Shown: positions 28,601 to 37,972 of the stretch, piece after piece
How the letters are laid out: each line of letters opens with the position of its first letter
Numbering within the stretch: position 1 is the stretch's first letter
From: Candidatus Poribacteria bacterium
Lineage (GTDB): Bacteria > Poribacteria > WGA-4E > GCA-2687025
DNA: 64,000 nt
Direction of reading: 5' to 3'
NCBI GenBank assembly: GCA_963665845.2
Contig: OY762492.1
Location: forward strand, 1,888,001 to 1,952,000
The notes under the pieces: generated by a model
Seen by the model: the letters and a program-made list of their open reading frames with translations, nothing else
Databases searched by the model: none
Told to the model about the DNA's origin: nothing
Position numbers and translations under genes: made by a program

Positions 28601-28699
28601 CCCCAGTATATCGTGAACTTGCTTCGGCGCGTCGTTTCCGTCAGCCTCAAGACGGTTGAGATCGTCAACGCCCTCCCCCCGCTAGCGCCGCCCTCATAG
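25622..28699 (+). CDS. Single-chain restriction-modification enzyme (type IIG/IIL, type ISP-like C-terminus, no helicase)
   Basis: N-terminal IDG...WEAK nuclease motif, GIVYTP, DPFVGTG, GNPPY (N6-A MTase), C-terminal YRLGNRSALEWV...KTDKRSGIVNDPN. Confidence 0.9.
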   Translation: MPKLNLKTTHKAVKDYYAAMKTLDAQGARHEGAVSPPFYALLEHCAKKMNAACQREYRMQGSRGNIFIDGAVLHELGLPFAYWEAKDIHDNLAKAVQQKREAGYPFDNILFQTPKQAILFQNEQETLNADISVPKNLVKTLELLFEYERPEFGNWDAAASEFREHVPAIAKTLKAKVQTQRDTDSGFAQAFDRFYETCRASINPDLSTEAVEEMLIQHILTERIFRTVFHNSNFTRRNIIAREIEDVVDILMREAISREVYLQQLDRYYNAVEQAAKSCQEFSQKQRLLNAFYETFFQSYSKDAADTHGIVYTPQPIVEFMVNSVQHLLKTEFNRSLSSEGVHIIDPFVGTGNFIVRLMREIKRTALERKYAHELHCAEVMLLPYYIASLNIEQEYFERTKAYRQYEKIVLADTFELMETPQGQLFTEENDKRAKEQRDADMFVVIGNPPYNAGQVNENDNNKNRKYEIMDGRVRDTYAADSKARNKNALYDPYVKAIRWASDRIKDEGVVAFVTNNGFLDGMAFDGMRKHLEEDFDAVYVLDLGGNARKGLKVADANVFGIRVGVSINLFIKTKQSPSKKARIFYHRADDMWNKEQKFAFMSERKHVGGVEWQEVHPDANHTWLTEGLHPEFHMFIPIGSKKAKALKGSASDVIFKIYSAGVKTNRDAWAINFNRNALDANVQRMIENYNIEVDRWKRRGDDDANASDFVTYDDTKISWSSGLRNKLERGVIAEFDEEKLRTLLYRPFTKSNIYFDRMLAERVYVFPSIFPTPETETENYVICVNQTQEKPFTCVLTGCLPDLVSTGGFGSPTQCFPFYTYDEDGSNRQENITDWALSAFRSHYGDSSISKWDIFHYVYGLLHHPDYRERYEKNLKRDLPHIPFAPEFRAFASAGRELADLHVNYESAEPYALKTEEADEAPLDFWRAEKMRFSKDKTAIAYNDYLTLSGIPPAALEYRLGNRSALEWVVNQYQVKTDKRSGIVNDPNRPDDPQYIVNLLRRVVSVSLKTVEIVNALPPLAPPS

Positions 28700-29655
28700 C
28701 CTGCCCCCGTGAAAACGGGGGTCATTCCCGCGTAAGCGGGAATCCAGAGTCAACCTCCGAAACCGCCCGCGTCCGCCTCAAGCGTCCGGCAGCTCAAATC
28801 GTCATTCCCGCGTAAGCGGGAATCCAGAGGCAGACCCGAAACCGCCCGCATCCCCGGCCGTCATTCCCGCGTAAGCGGGAATCTTAGCCGCTGTTGTCGT
28901 CTGAACTAGGATTGCCAAGATTGAAAAGATTGCCAAGAAAATCCCCGCGCGCCGCTAATCTTGGCAATCTTACTAATCCTTTAATCCTAGTTCAAAACCA
29001 AGCGCAACCCGCGCCTAAGATTCCCGTTTTCACGGGAATGACAGGAAAGGGCGCCGCGGAAACCCCCCTGCCCCCTTTTCAAGGGGGGAGTCCAGAGAGC
29101 CGCCGCTGTTGTCGTCTGAACTAGGATTGGCAAGATTGAAAAGATTGCCAAGAGAATTCCCGCGCGCCGCTAATCTTGGCAATCTTACTAATCCTTTAAT
29201 CCTAGTTCAAAACCAAGCGCAACCCGCGCCTAAGATTCCCGTTTTCACGGGAATGACAGGAAAGGGCGCCGCGGAAACCCCCCTGCCCCCTTTTCAAGGG
29301 GGGAGTCCAGAGAGCCGCCGCTGTTGTCGTCTGAACTAGGATTGGCAAGATTGAAAAGATTGCCAAGAGAATTCCCGCGCGCCGCTAATCTTGGCAATCT
29401 TACTAATCCTTCAATCCTAGTTCAAAACCAAGCGCAACCCGCGCCCTTTAAGATTCCCGCTTGCGCGGGAATGACGCTCCGGGGATACGGCGCGGATGTG
29501 GAATGCGGGCGGTTTCGGGTCTGCCTCTGGATTCCCGCTTGCGCGGGAATGACGAATTGGGCCGCTGGACGCTTGAGATGAACGCGGACGGTTTCGGCGG
29601 CGCCTCTGGATTCCCGCTTGCGCGGGAATGACGGGAAGAGGCGCGGGAATGACGG
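28700..29655. repeat. Composite repeat cluster: REP palindromes, 215-bp tandem unit x~2.5, inverted REP units
   Basis: 215-bp period (equivalent positions 28894/29109/29324); 28801-29057 is the right direct repeat; 29450-29650 is the reverse complement of the left-array units. Confidence 0.9.
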
Positions 29656-29668
29656 CATGGACAGGCGG

Positions 29669-30544
29669 TCAATCAGCCTCCATGCGGATGGCGGCTCGGT
29701 CGAACGCGGCGATGTTCAGGTCGAATTTTTGCCAGTAGTATTGCAGCGCGGTCGACTCCCAGTTTTCATAGACCCAGTCCCAGCTGAAGCGGTTGAAATG
29801 CGGCAGCAGGGAGCCTTCCGTCACAGGTTTGGACGCCGCTTGGTACCGGTAATCGACCGAGAGGCGCATGCGTTCGCCTGTTTGGTTCGCCAAGCTTTTA
29901 TGAACCGTATGGCTATGGAAAAAGATCGCGTCGCCCGTTTCGAAGCCGCCGGCGCGCCATTCGCCGTCGACCGCCTCCTCGTTGACGCCGACGCCGCCGG
30001 CGCCGCGCATTGGCTTGACGGGGTAGATTCCGCCCTTGTGCGATCCCGCTAAGACGGCAAGTCCGCCCAGCTCCGTCGGGCAGCCGCCGAGAGGGATCCA
30101 TGCCGTCCACACATCCGGCGTTCCCTGTATATGTATAAAATCTTGATGCGGCGGCGTCGCGGGGGAGGTCGGAAACATGATGCGCCCAATGTTGCGCGGA
30201 TGAACCAGCGGCTCCTCCCCAAACAGCGTTTCCAGCATGTCCAGTATCGGCGGGCTGTGCGCCAGCCCGTGAAACGCCTCCAGCCGCTGAAACTCGTCAA
30301 AGACGGGCCAGTATTCCGGCATGCCTTCGATGCGCGCCTCCTGCGTCGAGAGCAGGTTCTCCGCGTCTGCCCCTTCGTTGAGCCAGCCGTGTCTGTCTAA
30401 GATGTCCGCAAACGCGCCGCGCAGCTGTATCGCTTCGGCGCGCGGGACAAGTCCGCGAAAAAACAGGTACCCGTCCCGTTCCGCCCGCGCCTGCAGCGCC
30501 TCTCCCGAATTCAGCAGCGGCGTTGAGTCTTCAAACGGTTTCAT
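29669..30544 (-). CDS. Phytanoyl-CoA dioxygenase (PhyH) family protein
   Basis: HQD...WIPL...GDAIFFH...HKS facial-triad motifs. Confidence 0.9.
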   Translation of the reverse strand: MKPFEDSTPLLNSGEALQARAERDGYLFFRGLVPRAEAIQLRGAFADILDRHGWLNEGADAENLLSTQEARIEGMPEYWPVFDEFQRLEAFHGLAHSPPILDMLETLFGEEPLVHPRNIGRIMFPTSPATPPHQDFIHIQGTPDVWTAWIPLGGCPTELGGLAVLAGSHKGGIYPVKPMRGAGGVGVNEEAVDGEWRAGGFETGDAIFFHSHTVHKSLANQTGERMRLSVDYRYQAASKPVTEGSLLPHFNRFSWDWVYENWESTALQYYWQKFDLNIAAFDRAAIRMEAD

Positions 30545-31728
30545 CGCAGCCCCCAATGCCGGTTGATCGGTCTCTGGTACACTTCGATTTTGCCTGAAAC
30601 GACATCTTCAAACTGGACGGCTTCGCCGACGGCGCCCGATTCGTAGATCGCCTCGCAGATCGCCTTGGCGCGCAAGCCCATCTCGGCGGGAATCTCCGGC
30701 GGGCGGTTGTTTTCGATGGCGTCAACGAAGTCGTAACATTCCAGCGTCACGCCGTCCTCTATGCCGTGCGGAAAGAGGCGCGCCGTCTCTTCGTCGGACA
30801 GGCTCGCCTTATACTCCTGAACAATCTGATCCATCGGTATTTCGGTTCCGTCCTTCAAGACCACCTTAGCGTTCGGAAACGGGCCATGGAAGATGTCGCC
30901 GCCGTCCACCAGCGCGCCTTCCGACCCGTAATAGACCACATTTTTAAAGGAGTGTCCGGGCGCAGAGTAGGTGTTCGCCCAGTGTCCGATGACGCCGCTT
31001 TTGAAGTTGATCGTCGCCGTCCATGTGTCCTCATGGGCGCTTTGAAGCCGCTTGCCGTCCTTGTTGACCTTCCGATCCTCGATCTGCTCCACGCGCGCAT
31101 AGACCGTTTCAGGATCGCCGAACAGATAACGTATCGTGTCCGCGTAATGCGCCCCAGAGTCCATAACCATGCCTCCGCCGCCGAGGTTCAGGTCGTACCG
31201 CCAGCGCCATGGGTCGTCGGGGCTGTGCGCCTGCCAGCTGGCTTGCTGCGAGAAGAAGATGCGCGGCTCGCCGATCATCCCTTTGTCGATGAGCCATTTA
31301 GAGGCGCGTCGGCTCGGCTCTCGGCGAACCTGCTCCGCGGTCGCGGCGATCTTTTTGTTGCGCGCCGCCGCTTCGATGATCGCATGCGTCGCCTTCACCG
31401 TGACCCCAATCGGCTTCTCCACCATCACATTGACGCCGGCGTTCAGCGCCTTTACGGCGTTCACATGGTGGTAACCATGCGGCGAACAGATGTCGATGCC
31501 GTCCAGGTCTTCCTTCTCCAGCATTTCGTCAATGTGTTCATAGACGTTCGGTTCCTTGCCGGCCGTTTCTTTTGCCGTTTGCGCGAACCGTTCGGCGCCT
31601 CCCCGCACAGGGTCGCACATGGCGGCAAGTTCTACCTTGCCGGGCGCGATGCTGTGTATCCGCAAATAGGCGTTCAGATGCCCAGTCGCCATCCCTCCGC
31701 AGCCCGCAATCGCAATCCGAATAGCCAT
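30541..31728 (-). CDS. Gfo/Idh/MocA family oxidoreductase
   Basis: GCGGMA Rossmann motif, EKP, GGGMVMDSGAH. Confidence 0.9.
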   Translation of the reverse strand: MAIRIAIAGCGGMATGHLNAYLRIHSIAPGKVELAAMCDPVRGGAERFAQTAKETAGKEPNVYEHIDEMLEKEDLDGIDICSPHGYHHVNAVKALNAGVNVMVEKPIGVTVKATHAIIEAAARNKKIAATAEQVRREPSRRASKWLIDKGMIGEPRIFFSQQASWQAHSPDDPWRWRYDLNLGGGGMVMDSGAHYADTIRYLFGDPETVYARVEQIEDRKVNKDGKRLQSAHEDTWTATINFKSGVIGHWANTYSAPGHSFKNVVYYGSEGALVDGGDIFHGPFPNAKVVLKDGTEIPMDQIVQEYKASLSDEETARLFPHGIEDGVTLECYDFVDAIENNRPPEIPAEMGLRAKAICEAIYESGAVGEAVQFEDVVSGKIEVYQRPINRHWGLR

Positions 31729-31974
31729 TCCGTTTCTCCAACCTGCTTCGTTCCATGCGCATCGATTATGAATGAAAAGGGGGGCGCCGTCAAGCTCTCC
31801 TCCTCTGATCTCATGCATAAAGAGGATGGCGGCGGCGATGCCTTAAGATTCCCGCTTACGCGGAGTCATCATATAAAAGACGCCGCGCGGAAACGGGGAA
31901 CGGCCGTCGGAACGATTTGCTTGACGCCGCCGCCAAATGGCGTATGATAAGAACGAAATAAACGGAGGCGACCA

Positions 31975-34356
31975 ATGAGCGCGTTGCAGATATGGCATCG
32001 ACAGCCCGCCCATTCCGAAGCGGGCGAAAATGAAGACAACTTACCGCAGGCGCGCAGCCGACAGGCATGGGTCAGGGCGTTCCCGATCGGAAACGGCAGG
32101 CTCGGCGGCATGGTTTTCGGCGGCGTCCGGCATGAACGCATCCAGCTAAACGAAATCTCGCTCTGGTCAGGAAAACGGCAGGACGCCGACAACCCCGACG
32201 CGCTCAACAGTCTCCCAGAGATACGCGCGCTGCTGTTTCAACGCCGCTACGCCGAAGCGCAGGCGCTCACTTATGAACGGCTTGTCTGCAAGGGGCATGG
32301 CTCCGGGCGCGGCGGAGGCGGAAACGTCGAATACGGATGCTACCAGACGCTCGGCGACCTATGGCTCGACTTCGACCTTCCCGACGGCGCCGAGCCGACC
32401 GACTACAGACACGCGCTCGATCTTGAAACGGCGCTGGATACGGTTGAGTACAGTATCGGCGGAGTGAAGATGCGGCGCGAGGCGTTTGTCTCGGCGCCTG
32501 ATCAGGTTCTCGCTGTCCGCATCGAGAGCGGTACAGCCGGCGCGCTTGGATTCGCGGCGCGGATGGACAGGATAGAACGCGCCGAGTCGGCCGCCGAAGC
32601 GCCCGGAACGCTCGCGCTGCGGGGACAGATGAACGCCGGCGAAAACGACCCGCATGGGATGCGGTTCTACGCCGAGGCGCGCGTCTTAACTGAAGGCGGC
32701 GAAACGCGCGTTGAGGGCGATTCGGTCGTCGTTGAGGGCGCGGACGCGGCGGTCATCCTGCTTTCCGCCTCAACCGACTACCGCGCCGCCGCCGATTTAA
32801 ACAGAACGGCGCGCCGCTTAAACGCCGCCTCTCAAAAAACATACGCCCAACTGCGCGATGCGCATATCCAAGACCACGGCGCGCTGTTCAACCGCGTTCA
32901 GCTCTCCCTGCCGGAAACGGGCTTCGGCGCCGACCTGCCGACCGACGAACGCATCGCCGCCCTGAAAGAAGGAGAAGCGGATCCAAGCCTCGCCGCGCTC
33001 TATTTTCAGTTTGGAAGGTATCTGCTCATCGGCAGCTCGCGCCCCGGCAACCTGCCCGCCAACCTCCAAGGCGTCTGGGCGGACGGCGTCCAAACGCCCT
33101 GGAACGCGGACTACCATACGAACATCAACGTCCAGATGAATTACTGGCTCGCCGAGACGGCGAACCTGCCGGAGCTGCACACGCCGCTGTTTGACCTGAT
33201 CGAGAGCCTGCGGGAGCCGGGGCGCAAGACGGCGCGGACTCACTACGGCGCGCGCGGCTGGGTCGTTCATACGATCACAAACGTTTGGGGTTACACCTCG
33301 CCGGGCGAGCATCCGTCATGGGGGCAATTTCCGGCGGCGGGCGGATGGCTTTGCCAGCATCTGTGGGAGCATTACGCTTTTAGCAAGGATGAAGCGTTTC
33401 TGGCGCGCGCTTATCCCGTCATGAAGGAATCGGCGCAGTTTTACATCGATTTTCTGACCGAAGATCCAGAAACGGGCTATCTTGTCACGGCGCCGTCCAA
33501 CTCGCCTGAAAACAGCTTTCAGACCGCCGACGGACAACGCGCCAGCGTCTGCTTCGGACCGGCGATGGACACGCAGATTATCTGGGAACTGCTGCGCCGT
33601 TGCGTCGAAGCGAGCGAGATACTGGGCGTGGACGAAGCTTTCCGCCGCAAGGCGCGCGCTGTCATAGACAAACTCCCGCCGCATGCGATCGGCAAGCATG
33701 GACAGCTGCAGGAGTGGATAGAAGATTTTGACGAGCCGGAGCCTGGCCATCGGCATGTCTCCCATCTGTTCGCGCTGCATCCAGGGTCGCAGATTTCGGT
33801 ACGGGAGACGCCCGATTTGGCGGAGGCATGCCGCGCGTCGCTGAACCGCCGCATGGCGCATGGCGGCGGGCATACGGGCTGGAGCCGCGCGTGGATGATC
33901 AACTTCTGGGCGCGCCTAGAGGACGGCGAGGAAGCGCATCGGCATATTATGGAGCTGCTGCGCAAAAGTACGCTGCCGAACATGTTCGACACGCACCCGC
34001 CGTTTCAGATCGACGGCAACTTCGGCGGGACGGCTGGGATCGCCGAGGCGCTGCTTCATAGCCATGCGAATGAGATCGCGCTGCTGCCGGCGCTTCCGGC
34101 GGCTTGGGATCAAGGGTCGGTGAACGGTTTGCGGGCTAGAGGCGGCGCCGAAATCGATATTGAGTGGGAAAACGGCATGGCGGTCCGCGCCGAGCTGCGC
34201 GCCCGCTGCGCGCATACGCACCGCGTCCGTCCGCCGAAAGGTCAGCGCATCGCGTCGGCGCGCGTCCTGGAAGGCGCCGCCGAAATCGGCCTCCAGGACG
34301 GAAGCGCTGTCGTGGACGCTTCCGCCGGCGCGGTCGTCCAGTTTCGTTTTTCATAA
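31975..34356 (+). CDS. Glycoside hydrolase family 95 (alpha-L-fucosidase)
   Basis: PIGNGRLG, FQFGRYLLI, PANLQG, YHTNIN, HRHVSHL, PPFQIDGNFG. Confidence 0.95.
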   Translation: MSALQIWHRQPAHSEAGENEDNLPQARSRQAWVRAFPIGNGRLGGMVFGGVRHERIQLNEISLWSGKRQDADNPDALNSLPEIRALLFQRRYAEAQALTYERLVCKGHGSGRGGGGNVEYGCYQTLGDLWLDFDLPDGAEPTDYRHALDLETALDTVEYSIGGVKMRREAFVSAPDQVLAVRIESGTAGALGFAARMDRIERAESAAEAPGTLALRGQMNAGENDPHGMRFYAEARVLTEGGETRVEGDSVVVEGADAAVILLSASTDYRAAADLNRTARRLNAASQKTYAQLRDAHIQDHGALFNRVQLSLPETGFGADLPTDERIAALKEGEADPSLAALYFQFGRYLLIGSSRPGNLPANLQGVWADGVQTPWNADYHTNINVQMNYWLAETANLPELHTPLFDLIESLREPGRKTARTHYGARGWVVHTITNVWGYTSPGEHPSWGQFPAAGGWLCQHLWEHYAFSKDEAFLARAYPVMKESAQFYIDFLTEDPETGYLVTAPSNSPENSFQTADGQRASVCFGPAMDTQIIWELLRRCVEASEILGVDEAFRRKARAVIDKLPPHAIGKHGQLQEWIEDFDEPEPGHRHVSHLFALHPGSQISVRETPDLAEACRASLNRRMAHGGGHTGWSRAWMINFWARLEDGEEAHRHIMELLRKSTLPNMFDTHPPFQIDGNFGGTAGIAEALLHSHANEIALLPALPAAWDQGSVNGLRARGGAEIDIEWENGMAVRAELRARCAHTHRVRPPKGQRIASARVLEGAAEIGLQDGSAVVDASAGAVVQFRFS

Positions 34357-34408
34357 TCCCGCCCTCAGACGGGTCGTACGCCCATACGGGATATTCGCGG
34401 CGCCGCGT

Positions 34409-34525
34409 CCGATTCCCCCTTGAAAAGAGGCCGTCCGATTCCCCCTTGAAAAGAGGCCGTCCGATTCCCCCTTGAAAAGAGGCCGTCCGATTCCCCCCTT
34501 GAAAAGGGGGGTTAGGGGGGTTTTA
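34409..34525. repeat. Tandem 26-bp repeat ccgattcccccttgaaaagaggccgt x3 plus terminal hairpin
   Basis: Read directly; lies between convergent genes. Confidence 0.85.
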
Positions 34526-34597
34526 AAGGACAGGCGCGGCGGATGCAAAGTTAAGATTCCCGCGCGTTTTACCGCAAGGGCGGAAATGAGAATCTGG

Positions 34598-35593
34598 TTA
34601 GCGGGGCAGAAGCGTTTTTTGAACCCAATCGGGGCGCGACAGGTACCACTCCGCCGTTTTGCGCAGCCCCGTTTCAAACGGGATGTCGGGCGTCCAGCCG
34701 AGGTCCGCCGCGATCTTTGAGGCGTCCATCGCATAGCGCGCGTCATGTCCAGGGCGGTCTTTTACAAAACAAATCTGCTTTGCCGTCTCGCCCTCATTAC
34801 GCCCGCGGAGTTCGTCAATGACCGCGCACAGCTTCCGCGCTAGGTCGATGTTGCGCCATTCGGCTCCGCCGCCGACGCAGTACGCCGATCCCGACTCGGC
34901 GCGCCGAAAAACGGCGTCGATGGCGCGGCAGTGATCCTCCACATAAAGCCATTCGCGCCGCTGCGTTCCGTCTCCGTATATGGTCAACGGGTTGCCGGCG
35001 TCCGCGGCGCAGATCATCTTCGGCAAAAACTTGTCCGGGTACTGCCGCGGTCCGTAGTTGTTGGAGCAGTGGGTGATCGAGACGTTTAGCCCGTATGTTT
35101 TTCCGTAGGCGCGCGTCAGGTGATCGGCGCCCGCCTTGGAGGCTGAATACGGGTTGTTCGGGCGGTAAGGCGACGTTTCCGAAAAGGCGGTTTGATCCTC
35201 AAGCGAGCCGAACACCTCGTCTGTGCTGACAAGATGAAACTTTTGAACCGCCCCGTAACGCCGAGACTCTTCCAACAAAACCGCCGCGGCGGTGAAGTTG
35301 TCATGCGCCGTCTGTAACGGGTCGCGTATCGACTCGTCCACATGGCTCTGGGCGGCGGCGTGAATGATCCCGTCGATGCGCCGTTCGCGCAGCAGGCGCG
35401 CCGTCAACGCCGAGTCGGCTACGTCCCCCCGTTCAAAATGCAGGCGCGGATGTTTCAACAAGCGGCGGATGTTCGCTTGTCCGTACGTCAGCTTGTCGAG
35501 AACGGCGACATGGTCTTCCGGATGCGCGTTGAGCCAGTACTCCACAAGGTTGGAGCCGATGAAGCCCGCCCCGCCCGTAATCAGTATGTTCAT
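34598..35593 (-). CDS. rfbB: dTDP-glucose 4,6-dehydratase
   Basis: TGGAGFIG, SHVD, STDEV, YSASK, CSNNYGP, DRPGHD.RY. Confidence 0.93.
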   Translation of the reverse strand: MNILITGGAGFIGSNLVEYWLNAHPEDHVAVLDKLTYGQANIRRLLKHPRLHFERGDVADSALTARLLRERRIDGIIHAAAQSHVDESIRDPLQTAHDNFTAAAVLLEESRRYGAVQKFHLVSTDEVFGSLEDQTAFSETSPYRPNNPYSASKAGADHLTRAYGKTYGLNVSITHCSNNYGPRQYPDKFLPKMICAADAGNPLTIYGDGTQRREWLYVEDHCRAIDAVFRRAESGSAYCVGGGAEWRNIDLARKLCAVIDELRGRNEGETAKQICFVKDRPGHDARYAMDASKIAADLGWTPDIPFETGLRKTAEWYLSRPDWVQKTLLPR

Positions 35594-37053
35594 CCTGTGT
35601 AACGGACATTCCGCCACGGCGAGACGAGCGGCTGTCCGTCCTCTGGGCTATGGAGATCGCCGTCCTTCGTCCATCCGCACTCCCGCGCCTCCAGCTCCTG
35701 AATGAGGCGCCCGCGCCAAAGTGCCGTCTCCTCGGCGAATTCAGGCATCTCTGACAGGTCGAACTCCTCCGCTGGGTCCGTTTCCAGGTCGAAAAACTGC
35801 TCCGTGTCGATGAGAGGAAGCCAGATAAATTTGCGCTTGCCGTCCGTCACATAATGCATCTCCTGCTCGCGCGAGTAGCAGGCGCTATGCTCCCCGTGGA
35901 TGTAGGGGCGCCAGTCGACCTGCTCGCCGCGCATCAACGGGAGCAGGCTGCGCCCGTCCAGATAGCTCGGCGCCTGCGCATCGGCGGCGTCCAGTATGGT
36001 CGGCATGATGTCGCGCAGCTCAACGGGCTTGTCCGAGACCGGCAGACATCGGCGCAGGCGCGGCGGCGGAGAGACGATCATCGGAATGCGCGCGCTGCCC
36101 TCGTAGGCGTACGTTTTGCGCCATAGATGGTGGTCGCCGATCATGTCGCCGTGGTCGGAGGTGAAGAGTATCCAGACGTTGCGCGCCGTTTCGGGCTGAT
36201 GGCGATGCAGCCAGTTTCGCAGCCGCCCGATCTGCGAGTCGATGAAGGAGATTTCGCCGTAGTAGCCGGCGCGGGCGCGTTGGATTCGGAACGCGCTCTG
36301 TTTTCCGCGCCAGGCGTTGATGTTCGCCGCTTCGTTCGGCTTGTCATGCATCCGCGCCCAGCGGCCGACATGCGGCTCCGGCATTTCCTGCCGATCGTAC
36401 ATTTCAAAAAAGGAGCGCGGCGGAACATACGGCGAATGCGGACGCGCAAAACTGATATTCAAAAAAAACGGACGGGTGAAATCGCGGTTCGCCAAAAAAT
36501 GAAGCGAGCGCGTCATCGTCCACGCGGTCGGATGCAGATGCTCCTCCGTATGCCACGGGCGGCCGATCCAGGAGTTCCAGTCGACGCCATGGTCGTCTGG
36601 AGAGATGTCCCGCTTTTTTTCGCGGTCGAACCATTGGCGGTATTCGTCGCGCTGTCCATTTTGGCGCAGCCTGCCCGATTCGTCCAGCTCGCGCGATTGA
36701 AAGCCCATGGAGGCGCGCTGCGGGTTGAAATGCCCCTTGCCGACAAGATGCGTTTGGTAGCCGTTGTCGGCGAGATCGCCCGCCAGCGTATGCGGAAAGT
36801 CGTTTGGAAATCCGCCCTGTCCCCGACCCATGCCGAGAACGCCCGTATGCCACTGCGACAGCCCCGTCATGAGCGTCGACCGCGCGGGAATGCATGACGG
36901 AACCGCGGTATAGGCGCAGCGAAAGCGCGTTCCGTTCGCGGCGAGATGGTCTAAATGCGGCGTGTCGACGACAGGGTGTCCGTCCGCGCTGAGGCAGTCG
37001 CCGCGCATCTGGTCGGCTGTGATGAGTATGACGTTCGGTTTGTCTTCAGGCAT
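35590..37053 (-). CDS. Sulfatase (Cys-type formylglycine)
   Basis: PNVILITADQ, CIPAR (CxPxR), GKGH, SDHG. Confidence 0.93.
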   Translation of the reverse strand: MPEDKPNVILITADQMRGDCLSADGHPVVDTPHLDHLAANGTRFRCAYTAVPSCIPARSTLMTGLSQWHTGVLGMGRGQGGFPNDFPHTLAGDLADNGYQTHLVGKGHFNPQRASMGFQSRELDESGRLRQNGQRDEYRQWFDREKKRDISPDDHGVDWNSWIGRPWHTEEHLHPTAWTMTRSLHFLANRDFTRPFFLNISFARPHSPYVPPRSFFEMYDRQEMPEPHVGRWARMHDKPNEAANINAWRGKQSAFRIQRARAGYYGEISFIDSQIGRLRNWLHRHQPETARNVWILFTSDHGDMIGDHHLWRKTYAYEGSARIPMIVSPPPRLRRCLPVSDKPVELRDIMPTILDAADAQAPSYLDGRSLLPLMRGEQVDWRPYIHGEHSACYSREQEMHYVTDGKRKFIWLPLIDTEQFFDLETDPAEEFDLSEMPEFAEETALWRGRLIQELEARECGWTKDGDLHSPEDGQPLVSPWRNVRYTG

Positions 37054-37072
37054 CGTTCCGCTTTCTTTTTGT

Positions 37073-37972
37073 TTAAAAAGAGTCCGCCTCTTCCTGTTCA
37101 AGCGCTGTCCGCAGGTTTCCGTCCGCCGCCTGAAGCAGCCGCGCCGCCGCTTCAGCGTTGACGCCCCGCTTCAACATAACGACCGCCGCCTTGACGGATC
37201 CGCCCTCGTTTAAAGCGGTCTGCGCCGTCGGTTCCTCCGCCTCTCCGAGCGTCATGACGAGCCGCAGAGCGCGCCGCCGCAGCTTTCGGTTTGAGGGTTG
37301 AACATTCACCATCCAGTTGTCGTACACCTTGCCGGTTTGAATCATGGCGATGGTGGAGATTTGGTTCAAGATCAGTTTCGTCGCCGTTCCCGCCTTGAGC
37401 CGCGTGGAGCCTGCGATGATCTCCGGTCCGACGACTGCGCAGATCTGCCTGTCCACAAAGCTGTCGATCTGGCGGTTCGGCGGCGCGCAGCATAACAGCG
37501 CCGTCTTTGCGCCGCGGCGCTTCGCCTCTTTCAAGGCGCCGAGAACATACGGCGCCGTTCCGCTCGCCGAGATGCCGATGATCGTGTCCAGCGCGCCGAT
37601 TCCGATCTCTCGGACCGCCTGCGCGCCGCACTCCGGCGAATCCTCCGCGCCTTCAACCGCATGGCGCAGCGCCGCGTCGCCCCCTGCAATCAAGCCGACG
37701 ACCGTCTCCGGCGGAACGCCGAAAGTCGGGGGACACTCCGCGGCGTCCAACGCGCCGAGGCGCCCGCTCGTTCCCGCCCCGGCATACACCAGACGCCCGC
37801 CCGCCCGAAACGAAGCCGCCGCCCATTCCACCGCGGCGGACACATCTTCCGCCGCCTCCGCGGCCGCCTCCGCCGCCAACCGATCCTCCGCATGAAAAAC
37901 GCGCAGCGCCTGCTCAACCGAAAGGCGGTCGATGCCGACCGAGCGCGGGTTGCGACGCTCCGTCTGCTTCAA
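37073..37972 (-). CDS. murQ: N-acetylmuramic acid 6-phosphate etherase
   Basis: TERRN, GAGTSGRLG, ECPPTFG, GSTRLKAGTATK; TTG start overlapping the upstream stop. Confidence 0.93.
   Translation of the reverse strand: MKQTERRNPRSVGIDRLSVEQALRVFHAEDRLAAEAAAEAAEDVSAAVEWAAASFRAGGRLVYAGAGTSGRLGALDAAECPPTFGVPPETVVGLIAGGDAALRHAVEGAEDSPECGAQAVREIGIGALDTIIGISASGTAPYVLGALKEAKRRGAKTALLCCAPPNRQIDSFVDRQICAVVGPEIIAGSTRLKAGTATKLILNQISTIAMIQTGKVYDNWMVNVQPSNRKLRRRALRLVMTLGEAEEPTAQTALNEGGSVKAAVVMLKRGVNAEAAARLLQAADGNLRTALEQEEADSF

Noticed and set aside
28894-29672. Three near-identical 76-85-aa ORFs (MSSELGL...) and nearby short ORFs
   Set aside because: They are translations of the 215-bp tandem non-coding repeat, with TTG starts and no RBS.
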